From contig VJWM01000116.1 of the NCBI GenBank assembly GCA_010909165.1, positions 620,001-684,000 on the forward strand: a DNA stretch of 64,000 bases, given 5' to 3'. The position numbers were made by a program, and so were the translations under genes. Shown here in pieces: positions 47,299 through 58,846 of the stretch. Each line of letters begins with the position of its first letter. The stretch's first letter is position 1. Under the pieces are notes generated by a model. That model saw only the letters and a list, made by a program, of their open reading frames with translations. It did no database searches and had not been told where the DNA came from. This DNA is from Anthoceros angustus. Taxonomy: Eukaryota; Plantae; Anthocerotophyta.

Positions 47299-50200
47299 TG
47301 GCTGCAAGACAGTAAGCGTGGAGAAACAGGCGACAATCGAGAGCTCCTTGTACATGCTGAGATCACTGGAAGAAAGCACACTGTCAGAATCCAACCGAAC
47401 TTCGAAGACCACAAAAGCGCATGCCTAGCGGGAAAATCCACACTCGAGCCCACAGCAAGGCAGGGGCTCACATTTTTGGACAACCAACGGGGAGCTGCGC
47501 TGTAGCACGTCGCAGAGGAGACTATCAGTTCAGATACTGAGATTCCAAGCTCCAACACGACGCCAGAGTGACTTCGCAAGAGCAAATTCCTCCATCGCTG
47601 TGAAACAGAGAGAGCTTCGCCTTCGCTGGACGAAGCAGATAGAAAGCCGCAGACACCGCCTTCGCATGCTCGGAATCTCCTCCCCGCATAGGGAATCCAG
47701 GCAGCAAACGAGGAAAGCCCGGGAAAATTTTCTGCACACGGAAACCTTCAAGACAGAAGACTGCAGCCACTAGCCTTCCGACGGGGAACCACGACTCGCA
47801 AGCCTCAAGCGCTGGCAAAAGACTTCAACTGTCTGCAAGGGAAGGAATTGACGAGGCCCCAGAAAGCAGCGGGCCCGCTGACAGAGTAAAGCGAGCTGGG
47901 AGTCCCAGCAGAACCCATTCCGGAATCCGATTCATCCCTTCCTCACCCCGGCAAAGCGGGCACCAATTACCGAACCCAGAACTTGCTCCTTCCCGAGACC
48001 TCAGAGCAGCAAGCACTGGCAAGAGAAGTACAAAAATCCAGAGCTCTTGCGGCTAGAAGCTGCCAGCAGCCCCGCCCAAACCCACCTCTGACAAAAAGAC
48101 TTGAAGAACAGGGCTGCAGCTGGTTTTGGAAGAGCGACGAGGAGAAGGCAGTGATCAAAGGGAGCAGTGAGGCTGTGAACAGCGAGACGTGAGAGAGATG
48201 GAGGAGGCTGGGCAATGATGAGAAGTGGCGCGGGGCTCTAGAGAAGAAGTGGCCCAACACAGAGGAAATGAAGGCGAAGGCCAGGCGTACCTGATAGCCG
48301 CGGGAGGCCGAAAGCGACCACAGCGCACCACGCGGCGAAACCGGCGCAACCACAGCGCCCGCTCGAGTCCCGCAACGGGCCGAAGAGGCGCAAAGTACCT
48401 ACCTAACTTCATTGCCCACGCATACAAGGAGGCCACTCTGTACGACAACAGGCAGACGACATGCTTACAGGATGCAAAGTATCATGTTTGTGCAACCACC
48501 AGCCAGTTGAGCGTCGGGGACAGTGGGCGGTACATTAGCACCCTGAAATCTATGGATTAAGTCAATAGCTGCATAATTGTTGTGCAAGGACTGGCGCAAC
48601 GCAAGTAATGGTGGCAGGCTCCTTCTGTACATTGTACCCACTGACTGCAGTAAGGAAGGAAAGACTGTGAGGAATGAACTGAGACTGCTGTAAAACGCAC
48701 TACAGCTGGCCTGGGCATGCGAGCAACCTGCATACGGTCCAATGATATGAAGGCAGCAATTGCAAGAGTCACATAAAGAGGAGCTCCCCTGCCAGTGGCT
48801 TGATGGGAAACATTTAACAAAACAAAACCTGCGACAAGAGGAGGAGGAGGAGGAGGAGACGAGGTAGGAACTATGATCGCTGATGATGAAGGATAGTGGA
48901 ACTGCTAGCATGATGGGCCTATAAGCTCTCCCACTCATGCCCTCTGAGCACGTCCCAGCCCTCATAATGCGGTGCATCACCCACTGTCCTGCCACCCTTT
49001 CCCGAGGTGAATGTGTAAGCGGATGCAGTAATGTACTTACATAGTTACCTCCGCTAAAAGCTGATCATGTGCCGCTGGACGCATGCGGAATGGATGTTGC
49101 CTTGCTCCATCAAGCCTGCTCTGTTGAGCTGTGGGGGTCACGGGAAAGGAAGAAGCTCCAGTAAGCTTTGTGGTGCTAGCCCTTGCAGTTGCAGTTGCCT
49201 GGCCTGAACTGGCCTGCCGCTCTGACTGCTCATGCGCCACTACAGTAGTTTTTTGTTATGGTTGACTAGGCAGTGGCCCACAGATATGCACTTCCAAAAC
49301 GTGAGACAAAACACGGAAGAGAGGGAAAGGGAGGAAAAAGCATCCAGATAAGGTGAAGGCAGTACGCTGCGACATCGGCCATCCATCCCCCGTCCTTTCT
49401 CACGATCCACACGGGTGCTGAAGGTGATCCTAATCATGTCCGCTAATGCCATGTCTGTTGAGGTAAATCCAGATTAATGGAGCCGTGAACGTGGCCTCCC
49501 AGGTTGAGGTTGTAGCATTAGGTGCGCCCCGCCCGTGGGAGAGACCGCGGTTTAATGCGCTCGACCTTCCTCCTCTTAAGAGAAGATTCCACGGAGCAGG
49601 GTGCTTTACCACATTGATTGATGCTGATCCGGGTTGCCGCCATAGATGAGGACGCTCCATCCCATTGCGGCTGCATATGCTCTACGTTTCTCGGTAACCG
49701 TTGTCCCGGAAACCCAAACTTTACAGCAACTGTTGCGCAATCTTTGCTCCAGAGCATTGCCTAACAGATCTGATTTCTGCATTCCAATGATGTTGTTACA
49801 GATCTAAACCACCTCACTGACAAATCTCAGTGGCAGTCACAAACACAGACAGCTTGCGAAGTTGAAGCTGGCGCAGGCCGGAAAGCCTGCCATGGCTAGT
49901 GCTGCCTCCGGCGTGATGCCTTGCCTGCTTCACGCATCCAGACAGCCTGATTTGCCAGCCAATCCCTGCAACAGAGTGCGAAAGAAAGCCTGTAGCGGTG
50001 CGGACACAACACATCCACACTAATCAATAATATCTGCACAGACTGTGACGCACACACACGCCGGTTGTGCCCGTCGCAGAGCTCTACTGGTATGTACCAC
50101 TCACCATGGCAGAACCTCAACTCGTGTGCAAACAGACAAGCGCAACGGAAAACCTGAGGTGTGCATCTCACAATTCCCGCTCCTCTATCTTGATCTTTCC

Positions 50201-50918
50201 TCCCGCAAACTTCCATCGCCAGGGCAGGCAATCGGTGCAACCGGCAACGACAAGAGCTGGACCACGGATCCATGAATTCATGTTTTCGTTAACATTGATC
50301 CCGCTTACCGAACTTACCATGCCGATGTACATCCTGGACAGTGAAAAGCACAAGACAGTGGAGCTGGCTGGTCAGAGGGCATCCCGTTCGTGGGAGTGGA
50401 AATGAGGGGAGCGCAGTAAGTGGAGGTACAATGATTGTAGGAACTGACACAAGCAGCAGCTGCAGATCGGAAAAGGCAAAGCTCGGCCCGGTTCCAGAGT
50501 CCAGTGCGGGGGGCCCGGGAATGAAGCACACGGCTCTCCTGCTTCCCGTTGCGGTCTCTCCATAACGGAACTGCCCTACTGATCAATTGACTTGGCCTAT
50601 CCACCTGCATGCCATTGCCAGTCCGCCATTGAATGAATGTCCGCATGCTTGAATGTATGCTTCTGTTGAGCCCCGTTTTGCAGCAGAGGCCACAAGCAAC
50701 CGTGCGCCGTGCGGCGTGGGCGTTGCCTGCCCAGTCCGCAACCCCGTTACGAATGCCAAATGCGTAGGTATGTACAACGCCGTGGAAATGATATGATATT
50801 CGAGTATTGTAAGCCTGGACATGCAGTGAATCAATGCGAGATATGGTAGGGCCGTGGCCCCGCCATTCAATGTCATTTAACCCTAATTTATGGCCGGCCG
50901 GCGTCGCAGGTGGCCGAG

Positions 50919-52270
50919 TCTCCTCAAGTCATGCTTGGAGTGCCAATGCGATTGCACCGCGCACCTCGGCTTTTCCCTTATCCAGATATCTGCCCGTCTT
51001 TCAACTTTTCGTGCTGCATTCCTCGGTGATCTGATCAGGGGAGGGATCTCCGAGACGGAAGACGGATGGATGATGATAAGCTCATGTTGCGGATGCTTCC
51101 CCTCGAATCATGGTGAACTGGTCGTGTTGGGGGCAAGTTTACGGTAGGAGACGTATCTGGATTTCACATTTGATCAAGTATCTTTTGTCCGAAATTGCGA
51201 TGTATGGAGACTTTATGCCCGCAGTTCACTTCATCGGATTTGTGCAGGCCTATGGAGAGGTTGATAGCGGTCGTCTTGCGACACCTTATGATAAGCCTTC
51301 ACTACTAAGTTCTGAACTTTCCAGCAGCATGTCTGCAGCCACATGGCATTTTGTCCCACATGAATGCCACGGAAGCATATATGGTATATTATATCCACAT
51401 ATGGTAATAGGCACACACATGTAGCACAGTGGGGCTCGCTCGTGCTTACAACTATGTCCTACGTAGTCGCCACAGCCCTTTGGCCAGGAATCAACTGGCT
51501 CAGCGCTGCATCCGTCATAGCCTCGCGACTGGCTAGGATCAACTTGCTCAACCCCGCCCGTCTCGCGATCGCTAGGATCAACTTGCTCAACCCCGTCTCC
51601 TCAAGTCATGCTTGAGTGCCAATGCGATTGCACCGCGCACCTCGGCTTTTCCCTTATCCAGATATCTGCCCGTCTTTCAACTTTTCGTGCTGCATTCCTC
51701 GGTGATCTGATCAGGGGAGGGATCTCCGAGACGGAAGACGGATGGATGATGATAAGCTCATGTTGCGGATGCTTCCCCTCGAATCATGGTGAACTGGTCG
51801 TGTTGGGGGCAAGTTTACGGTAGGAGACGTATCTGGATTTCACATTTGATCAAGTATCTTTTGTCCGAAATTGCGATGTATGGAGACTTTATGCCCGCAG
51901 TTCACTTCATCGGATTTGTGCAGGCCTATGGAGAGGTTGATAGCGGTCGTCTTGCGACACCTTATGATAAGCCTTCACTACTAAGTTCTGAACTTTCCAG
52001 CAGCATGTCTGCAGCCACATGGCATTTTGTCCCACATGAATGCCACGGAAGCATATATGGTATATTATATCCACATATGGTAATAGGCACACACATGTAG
52101 CACAGTGGGGCTCGCTCGTGCTTACAACTATGTCCTACGTAGTCGCCCTTTGGCCAGGAATCAACTGGCTCAGCGCTGCATCCGTCATAGCCTCGCGACT
52201 GGCTAGGATCAACTTGCTCAACCCCGCGTCTGTCCTCGCGACTGGCTAGGATCAACCGGCTCAATGCTAC
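50919..52270. repeat. 676-bp tandem duplication ending in CTCGCGACTGGCTAGGATCAAC subrepeats
   Basis: 50919-51594 is repeated from 51595; identical ORF translations are offset by 676 bp. Confidence 0.9.
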
Positions 52271-52666
52271 GTCTATCATAGCATCCGTCATGGCCTCGTG
52301 ACTGGCTAAGATCAAGATTGCATCTGTCATGGCTTGCGACTAGTCGGCTATGCCTTTCACGACTATAGATTGCTCATGCTCCCATGACAATATGGGGCCA
52401 TTGTATCTATATGTATTAAATAAAATGATCTATTATTTAATGAGGCACATTCATAACCATGCAATATCTCATACCTCATAAAATTAGAATATTACTATCT
52501 AAAAACACATAAAGAATATATAATACATAGGTAATATATTTACGATGTTTATAAATAATATATTTACTATAAATATATATAAAAAACCCTAGATAGCGAG
52601 AAAGAGATAAGATGTAAGTCTATATATGTAACACCACAGGGAAGGTATTTGCAACCTTATTTCATC

Positions 52667-53947
52667 ATGGCTATAATTTGTGTTTCATCTTTGCTCTTGT
52701 TCTTACTCCTATCTGTTGATGTCATCAATGCAAATGATGAGGAGTGGGTACGTGTTTGTATCATGTTTGTTTATTTGAAAATATTGTTTGACGTCATTTA
52801 CTAATATATATGTGTTTTATCTATTCAAGTCCGCACTTGTGGTGCAAGATGGATCATTCTTCGGAGTACATGGCGCTATTGCTCCGCATCAAAATCATCT
52901 TGATCATGATGATGATTATGTAAGAGAATTTGTTGGCGTATATGCAGGAGAAGATGCCATAGAATTTGGTTTTGAGGTGAGTAGTTATTTGTGTCTTCGT
53001 AAGAGTATGTTTCTTGTCTTTTTCTTATGCAAGATGTTTCTTGACTTGAAGAAATCAATGTTACAACATGAACTATTTAGTTTTTCACATACGTTAATGT
53101 GTTTGGTTAATCATTTGATAGATAAATCCAGTGCAGTACTATGGTGACGAAACTCCTCATCTTTTTATACGTTGGACGGTATGGATAATGTGTTTTCTTA
53201 CTAATGTTTTTTAAAACTTTCTAAATATCCAAATGTATATTCTCACGTTGTTATTTATGTTTGTGCCTTCCTATTCTAGAGGGACAATTTTGTTCATACA
53301 GGAGGTAGAAATCTAGAAGGGTTGGCTTTCGTACAGGGTTCTCCATGGGTACCTGGTGCCCCCGTTGGAAACCATAATATTGGCCAGCGTGTAGACTTGC
53401 TTATAGCCAAGGTATATAACCTTTCTGAAACCTTTGTGTCTTACATTTCAATGCAAAGCAATACAATTTAAAGGCTTATAACACTACAAGGTTGGATGTT
53501 GGAACAATACATTGCACTAATATTTTGATTTTATTTGTCTTTCAGATTGATAATGGAATAAACCACTTGAGTGCAGATTGGAATCTATATGTTGACAATG
53601 CTCTCATTGGTGCATTGCCTGCTGCTAGATTTACTCAAGGGGATTTAGGGCGTCCACTAGGAGCAGGAGCCCGACAATCAGGTGGAGTAGCTACGGTAGC
53701 TAAATGGGGAGGGGATGCTGCTCGTGGAAGTGAGGACTCTGGAGTTGGACCGATGGGAACTGGTGTTCTCGGATCTTCTGATGGTGCTGCTTCCATTACT
53801 CGTTGTTATGTAATGCAAGAGAGGGATGATCAAATAATTTATGTTGGGGCAAATCCCAATAGAGATGAAGTCACTCACGAAGCTGATTTTGACATTCATT
53901 GGGATGAAAGATCTTCCACTTTACACTATGGAGGACCTGGAGAGTGA
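52667..53947 (+). CDS. Secreted neprosin (DUF239)-domain protein lacking the activation peptide, 5 exons, 272 aa
   Basis: Exons 52667-52747, 52830-52976, 53122-53178, 53280-53411 and 53546-53947, all phase 0 with GT-AG. Signal peptide; IEFGFE/INPVQYYGDETPHLFIRWT/..TGGRNL..FVQ; WNL..IG..P..F; WGGDA; MGTG; C-terminal YGGPG. Confidence 0.85.
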
Positions 53948-54448
53948 GAATTGCCTACTATATTGAGAGTTTGTAAACTTTGTGTTGTAGGTATTTACGG
54001 GCAGCATTTCATATCAAGCTAGGGAAGCATTTCTCACAATTTATGTTGTTCTTTTTTGAATAAAATAAAAATATATTCGAATATATAAGTGTGTGATGAA
54101 AGAGGCATGCAAGAAAAATAAAATAATAGAAATAATTAACTCAATAATTTAGTAATTTATAATGAGCTAACTAGATAGTATTGGAGTAGGAAAGTTTTGA
54201 TGTAATTTCTATTCTAGATCTATAATTATGTCTTGTCTTAGTTCGCTAAAAAAGAAGTCTAGGCTTTGGACATGTGCCAGTGTGGGACTATACGTACTAG
54301 TATGTATAGACTCGAAGTTGCCCCTCAGCTCATGAGTAGATCCAAAGCATTGTATGCTCTTAAACTTTTTATTGGTCTGTCCGTTGTAGCCGGGTAGCTA
54401 CAAGAATCGCATTCCTTGAAAGTTGAAGATAAACGTACTTGTGAATTG

Positions 54449-54836
54449 CTCTTGATCCAACCTTTCCTATATGCATTCATGAATGAGGCTGGCTGCAACA
54501 CGACGATGGCACTCCAAACGTACATACTTGGGGATCCCTCTTGATCCAACCTTACTTATATGCATTCATGAATGAGGCTGGCTGCAACACTATGATGGCA
54601 CTCCAAACGTAATTGGGAATCCCTCTTGATCCAACCTTTCCTATATGCATTAATGAATGAGGCTCATTGCAACACGAAGATGGCACTCCAATATTCCAGT
54701 TTTGAGAACGGTTTGGTGGGTTTGGACACACGTCGAATGTCCTTGTTTGGCTACATAAAGATGGCACTCCAAATATTCCAATTTTGAGAACGGTTTGGTG
54801 GGTTTGGATACACGTCGAATGTCCCTGTTTGGCAAC
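54449..54836. repeat. Short tandem arrays (about 90 bp x3 and about 80 bp x2)
   Basis: CTCTTGATCCAACCTT.CCTATATGCATT..TGAATGAGGCT occurs three times; GATGGCACTCCAA.TATTCCA.TTTTGAGAACGGTTTGG twice. Confidence 0.8.
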
Positions 54837-55588
54837 ACACTTGGAGGACTAGTATTGACGCAAAGGTAGCCTCTTATATAGACATTTTGTCAAAACACCA
54901 GCTCTACCCTTGTGATGCTCCCGCATGCACTTGGCATACATGTATACCATTAGATGTCCTTGGTCCTGGACAAGCAGGACCATTTGCTATCTATTTCATT
55001 AGTCCTCAGTCGAGGTGTTTTGAAAAGAGTACAGCAACGTCCATAACATTTGAGTAATAAGATGAACTTGTTGCGTGTTATATACATCGGTATTGCAGGC
55101 ATCCGATTCCTTCCTCTTACGCTGAAATCCTCTCCATTCACTGAATGGCACTCGGGAAGTCATGGACTGACAAATGACGTTATGGCTGGCAGCTGAGAAT
55201 GTTATAGCTGGCAGCTGAGAATGTTATAGCTTGAGAGGTGAGTGACGACAAGTTTGGCGGGGTGGCGAGCTTGAGCTAATTTTCTCAAATGTTTAACGCT
55301 GACGTCTCCCCGTCCCTGACTTGCTAGTAGCAGCAGTAGGAGGAGTTTGTCAGCCCAAGACTAAAATGTGTCACTCACTGACTTCCTAGTAGCAGGAGTA
55401 GGAGAAAATTGTCAGCCCTCTACTCATGTGCCCGAGAGCCTTATCAGTACCGACCGTGATGATAGGCCAACACACGAGTGTCTCATCCGCAAGCTGCAAC
55501 TCGGAGAGATGCACGAGCGGATGTGTAACCTGCTTGCTGAACAAGACGTGGTGCTGTGGCAGAAGATGTGCTACTTCGGGAGGCTCTG

Positions 55589-57921
55589 TTATTTGCCGGT
55601 ACCTCCCTCTGAAACGTCTGGGGTTATCCTAGACTTGACTAGCTTCTCGAACTCCAGCTCGCTCAGATAAATCAGATTCTTAGCCGCGTCAAATGTTGTG
55701 AGTCGAATGCTGCAAGCAATACAAACTCGAAATCATTTCCAAAGACCTCTCAAACAAGGCATGAAGAAATGCAGAACTCTAGTCGCATCGTCTCGACACG
55801 TACCTGTTGTTAGGTAGATTTTTCAAGGCATTTGGGACAAACCCCCTATACAAGCCACCAATACCGTCCCTCTTCACTATACCTGAAACGCGTCACCACA
55901 ATAGCTCATGCACTGCCTGCCATAGCTAGCAAAGACAAAAGCCGTTAGGATTAGGACACGTACCAGGTATGGCATCAAGGACGCTTGAAAATGGTGAACC
56001 CTTCATTTGCATCTGTCTCCGCACAGTATCTAATGGGTAACAGATGGTTGTTGCAAGGGTTGCAGAGACAAAAGCAGTGGCAAAGGCTGCAACCGGCTTC
56101 TTTCTGACATCTTCTGGAAGCGATTTCTTGATCCTATGAGGACAAAAGCTTTGCAGTTAGACCATCCGTCTTGAGTGTTGCAAAGGGAAGCCTAAGGGAA
56201 GACTGTCAACATATCCTTAAAGACCAGGACAACCGAATAGATAAAACTGGGGGAGGCTTACAGGTCAAATATGCAGAAGTTCAAGGCTATGTAAGGAGCT
56301 ATCCCAAGAAGAGATGGCCCCAAACCTCTGTAGAACGATAACAGCCCCTCCTCTTTGGCCATCAGTAATGCAACCTGCAGAATATAAGACCTGCTCAGCT
56401 CATCCAAAAGTCAACAACAGGCCAAACAAACGCCGTCAAAACGTATCTGCATACCTGTGTCATTGTTTTTGTTCCTGAATCCACAGCCATACGAAAGCGC
56501 AGCGTATCCAAGGGATATGTCACCTGCTCATCAAAACCCGTACAAGAGATCAAACAACCACAGACTAGTGTATAGGAAACATCCATAGGTTTCACCGTCG
56601 AGAGACACCGACCAGGGTCGAAGTCATGCCAGCGCAAGCTCCAGCTGCTAATCGGCCAAGCACAGACAACTCCGTACCGTTCCCTTTGAAAAACTTCTGC
56701 GGAATGACCATTAATCAAAATGTGAATGTTGGCTCCCTTTGGGTTCTTTCACAGCCTGGTGTATTCCATGAAGTGAACGTGTTTAGTACGTGCAGGTTAG
56801 GAAACAACCTTGTAGACTTCATATGAGAAAAGTTGCACAGCACTGTATGGTACTATCCTAATAACCTGCACACGCAAGGCGCATCCTTACAGACAGGTTC
56901 AAGAAGCTCCACATCAGATCAACACATCCAAAAAAAATCTGCTCACTGACCTGGGGAAGATTGCCTTTCCAGTATCCTCGTACTCCCTCCTCTGCTCCGA
57001 TCTTCATTACGGCCTGCCAAGGTTTTAACGCTCATGAGAAAAACGATGCCCAGGAAGAACAAGGGAACTCCTTGGCTTGCTAGGGTTTCTGATGCACACT
57101 CACCTCAAAGAACTGAATGCCACCCTTGGCCCCCATCCTAGCTCCACCAACCTGCAGTTAGACTTGCATCAGCGCTCACCACTAAACTCAGCAAGACACA
57201 GAGCTCCAGATCGAACAGAACCACAGGCAGGCTCATTCACCTGCATGAGAATTTTGACTCTGTCAAGCGGAGCAGTGAGTGACTTGGCAACAGCCCCAGC
57301 AAACGCCCCAGCAGCGAATAACAGAAAATCCTTCCGGGCCCAGCACACACCCAGCACCGGACGCTTGAGGACCTCAGCTACAGTAGGAGGTCGCTGCACA
57401 CTGCTACCTTCCCCTTCCTTCTCCACCTTCTCTACCTTCTCTACCTTCTCCACTTCCTGGCGCGTTGCTCTCTGGGAGTCGCCTGGCCTAAGCAATCTCC
57501 TGCCCACAGCCCACTCAACCTGAGGCACAGCAGAGGAGCTGGACACAAGCCGCACTCCACCAACTAGTCCCCTGGATCTGCGCCAGGCCATACATTCCCT
57601 CTCCATGCGAGCTCCACAGCTTCCCCTTCCATCTAGCCACTTGGAGCAATTCTGGACCAAATTTGGGTCAGTTGAGAGCCCAGGAAAATCCAGATCACTC
57701 CCGTAACTAGAAGATGCCAGACCTTCTTGGAGCTCAAATCCTGTCCGCACGCCAAATGGCAACGTCAACGATTGGACCAACCCCTCCAAAGCATTACCAG
57801 CGTCCCAATCCGCATGCTTCAAATCTCTCCCACCGGCTCCTTGCCGGCGGGACCTCTTGTCTGCAAGTTCAGAATTACTGACTCCATCGCTGCCCCTCAT
57901 CGGATGCAAGGAGGCTGCCAT
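55589..57921 (-). CDS. TAAC: Plastid ADP/ATP carrier (mitochondrial carrier family, TAAC/EAAC-like)
   Basis: AGAFAGAVAKSLTAPLDRVKILMQ; GYWKGNLPQVIRIVPYSAVQLFSYE; GRLAAGACAGMTSTLVTYPLDTLR; GLGPSLLGIAPYIALNF; CYPLDTVRRQMQMKG; last exon IRLTTFDAAK with TAA at 55589-55591. N-terminal transit-like extension. Confidence 0.92.
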
Positions 57922-58846
57922 GGAGCAGCTTCAGATGCAGATGAGATGCTTCACATTCAGGTATGATTCTCCCCTTCCGAACTCCCTGCTTTCGTTCAGT
58001 CTCGCAGAAAGGACAGTCTTTCAGGGAAGACACAACCAGACACCTCGACGGATCTAACTGTGGACCGTCTTGTTGAGCCCACTTTAGCAGACAGTTGGGT
58101 CCTACACACGTCCCTTGACCATGCAGGGAAAAAACCAAGCAGTTTCACCGTTTACGGGCTGTTGCTTCTACTCATTTGCACAGCATCTCCAGTCAAGTTA
58201 CCAGTGGCGGTAGGTTATATTCTGTACAACCTCGTTCTTCGTGTCATGCTTGACTGTGGGTCCAGGCGGGACCATATGTCGGGAGATCCAACTCACTCCA
58301 AATGATGGGGGAACTGGAAAGTCCCGAGGCAAGACAGATGGGAATGCAGAAGCTTTATAGGCTTGAGCAAGAAGCAAGCAGATCGAATGAACTATGTGTG
58401 GGCCGTGGGTACCTGGCTACAGTCCAGCCGGCTAAACGGGACAGGCATAAACAAGGAAGCTACCTAGTTAGTACCAGGCTGCTGTGAATATGCCCACTTA
58501 CAGGGGGTGCCTGTACTGGATCCACATCTTGCAAGTTGTACACAAACTGGAAGTCGTGGTACGTGGACAATGCCAAACTCTCCGGCAACGCTTCCTCGTC
58601 TTGGAACAGCCACAAGGCCCGTCCATGTGTCTCGTCGAGAGGAGGAAGGGATTATGCTATGGAAATCCGCAGCAGGCTTGCCTGGATGACCAAACCCTAA
58701 CCCTAAATCTGTTTCCTTTGCGATGATCCATGCGATCTGATTAATGGTGGAGCTATATGTGCATGGTACATGATGAAAGAATGAAAGGATAACTGAAGTG
58801 TCCCATCTGCAGGAAGTAGTAGGATCGGAGGCTTGAATTTGGACAA

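Noticed and set aside
47420-50600. Series of minus-strand splice-like sites (e.g. a 16-nt microexon at 50318-50333) suggesting a gene or lncRNA
   Set aside because: No coherent or recognisable ORF could be assembled; RNA-seq is needed.
55368-55670. 100-aa ORF on +
   Set aside because: It overlaps the last exon and 3' UTR of the ADP/ATP carrier on the opposite strand.
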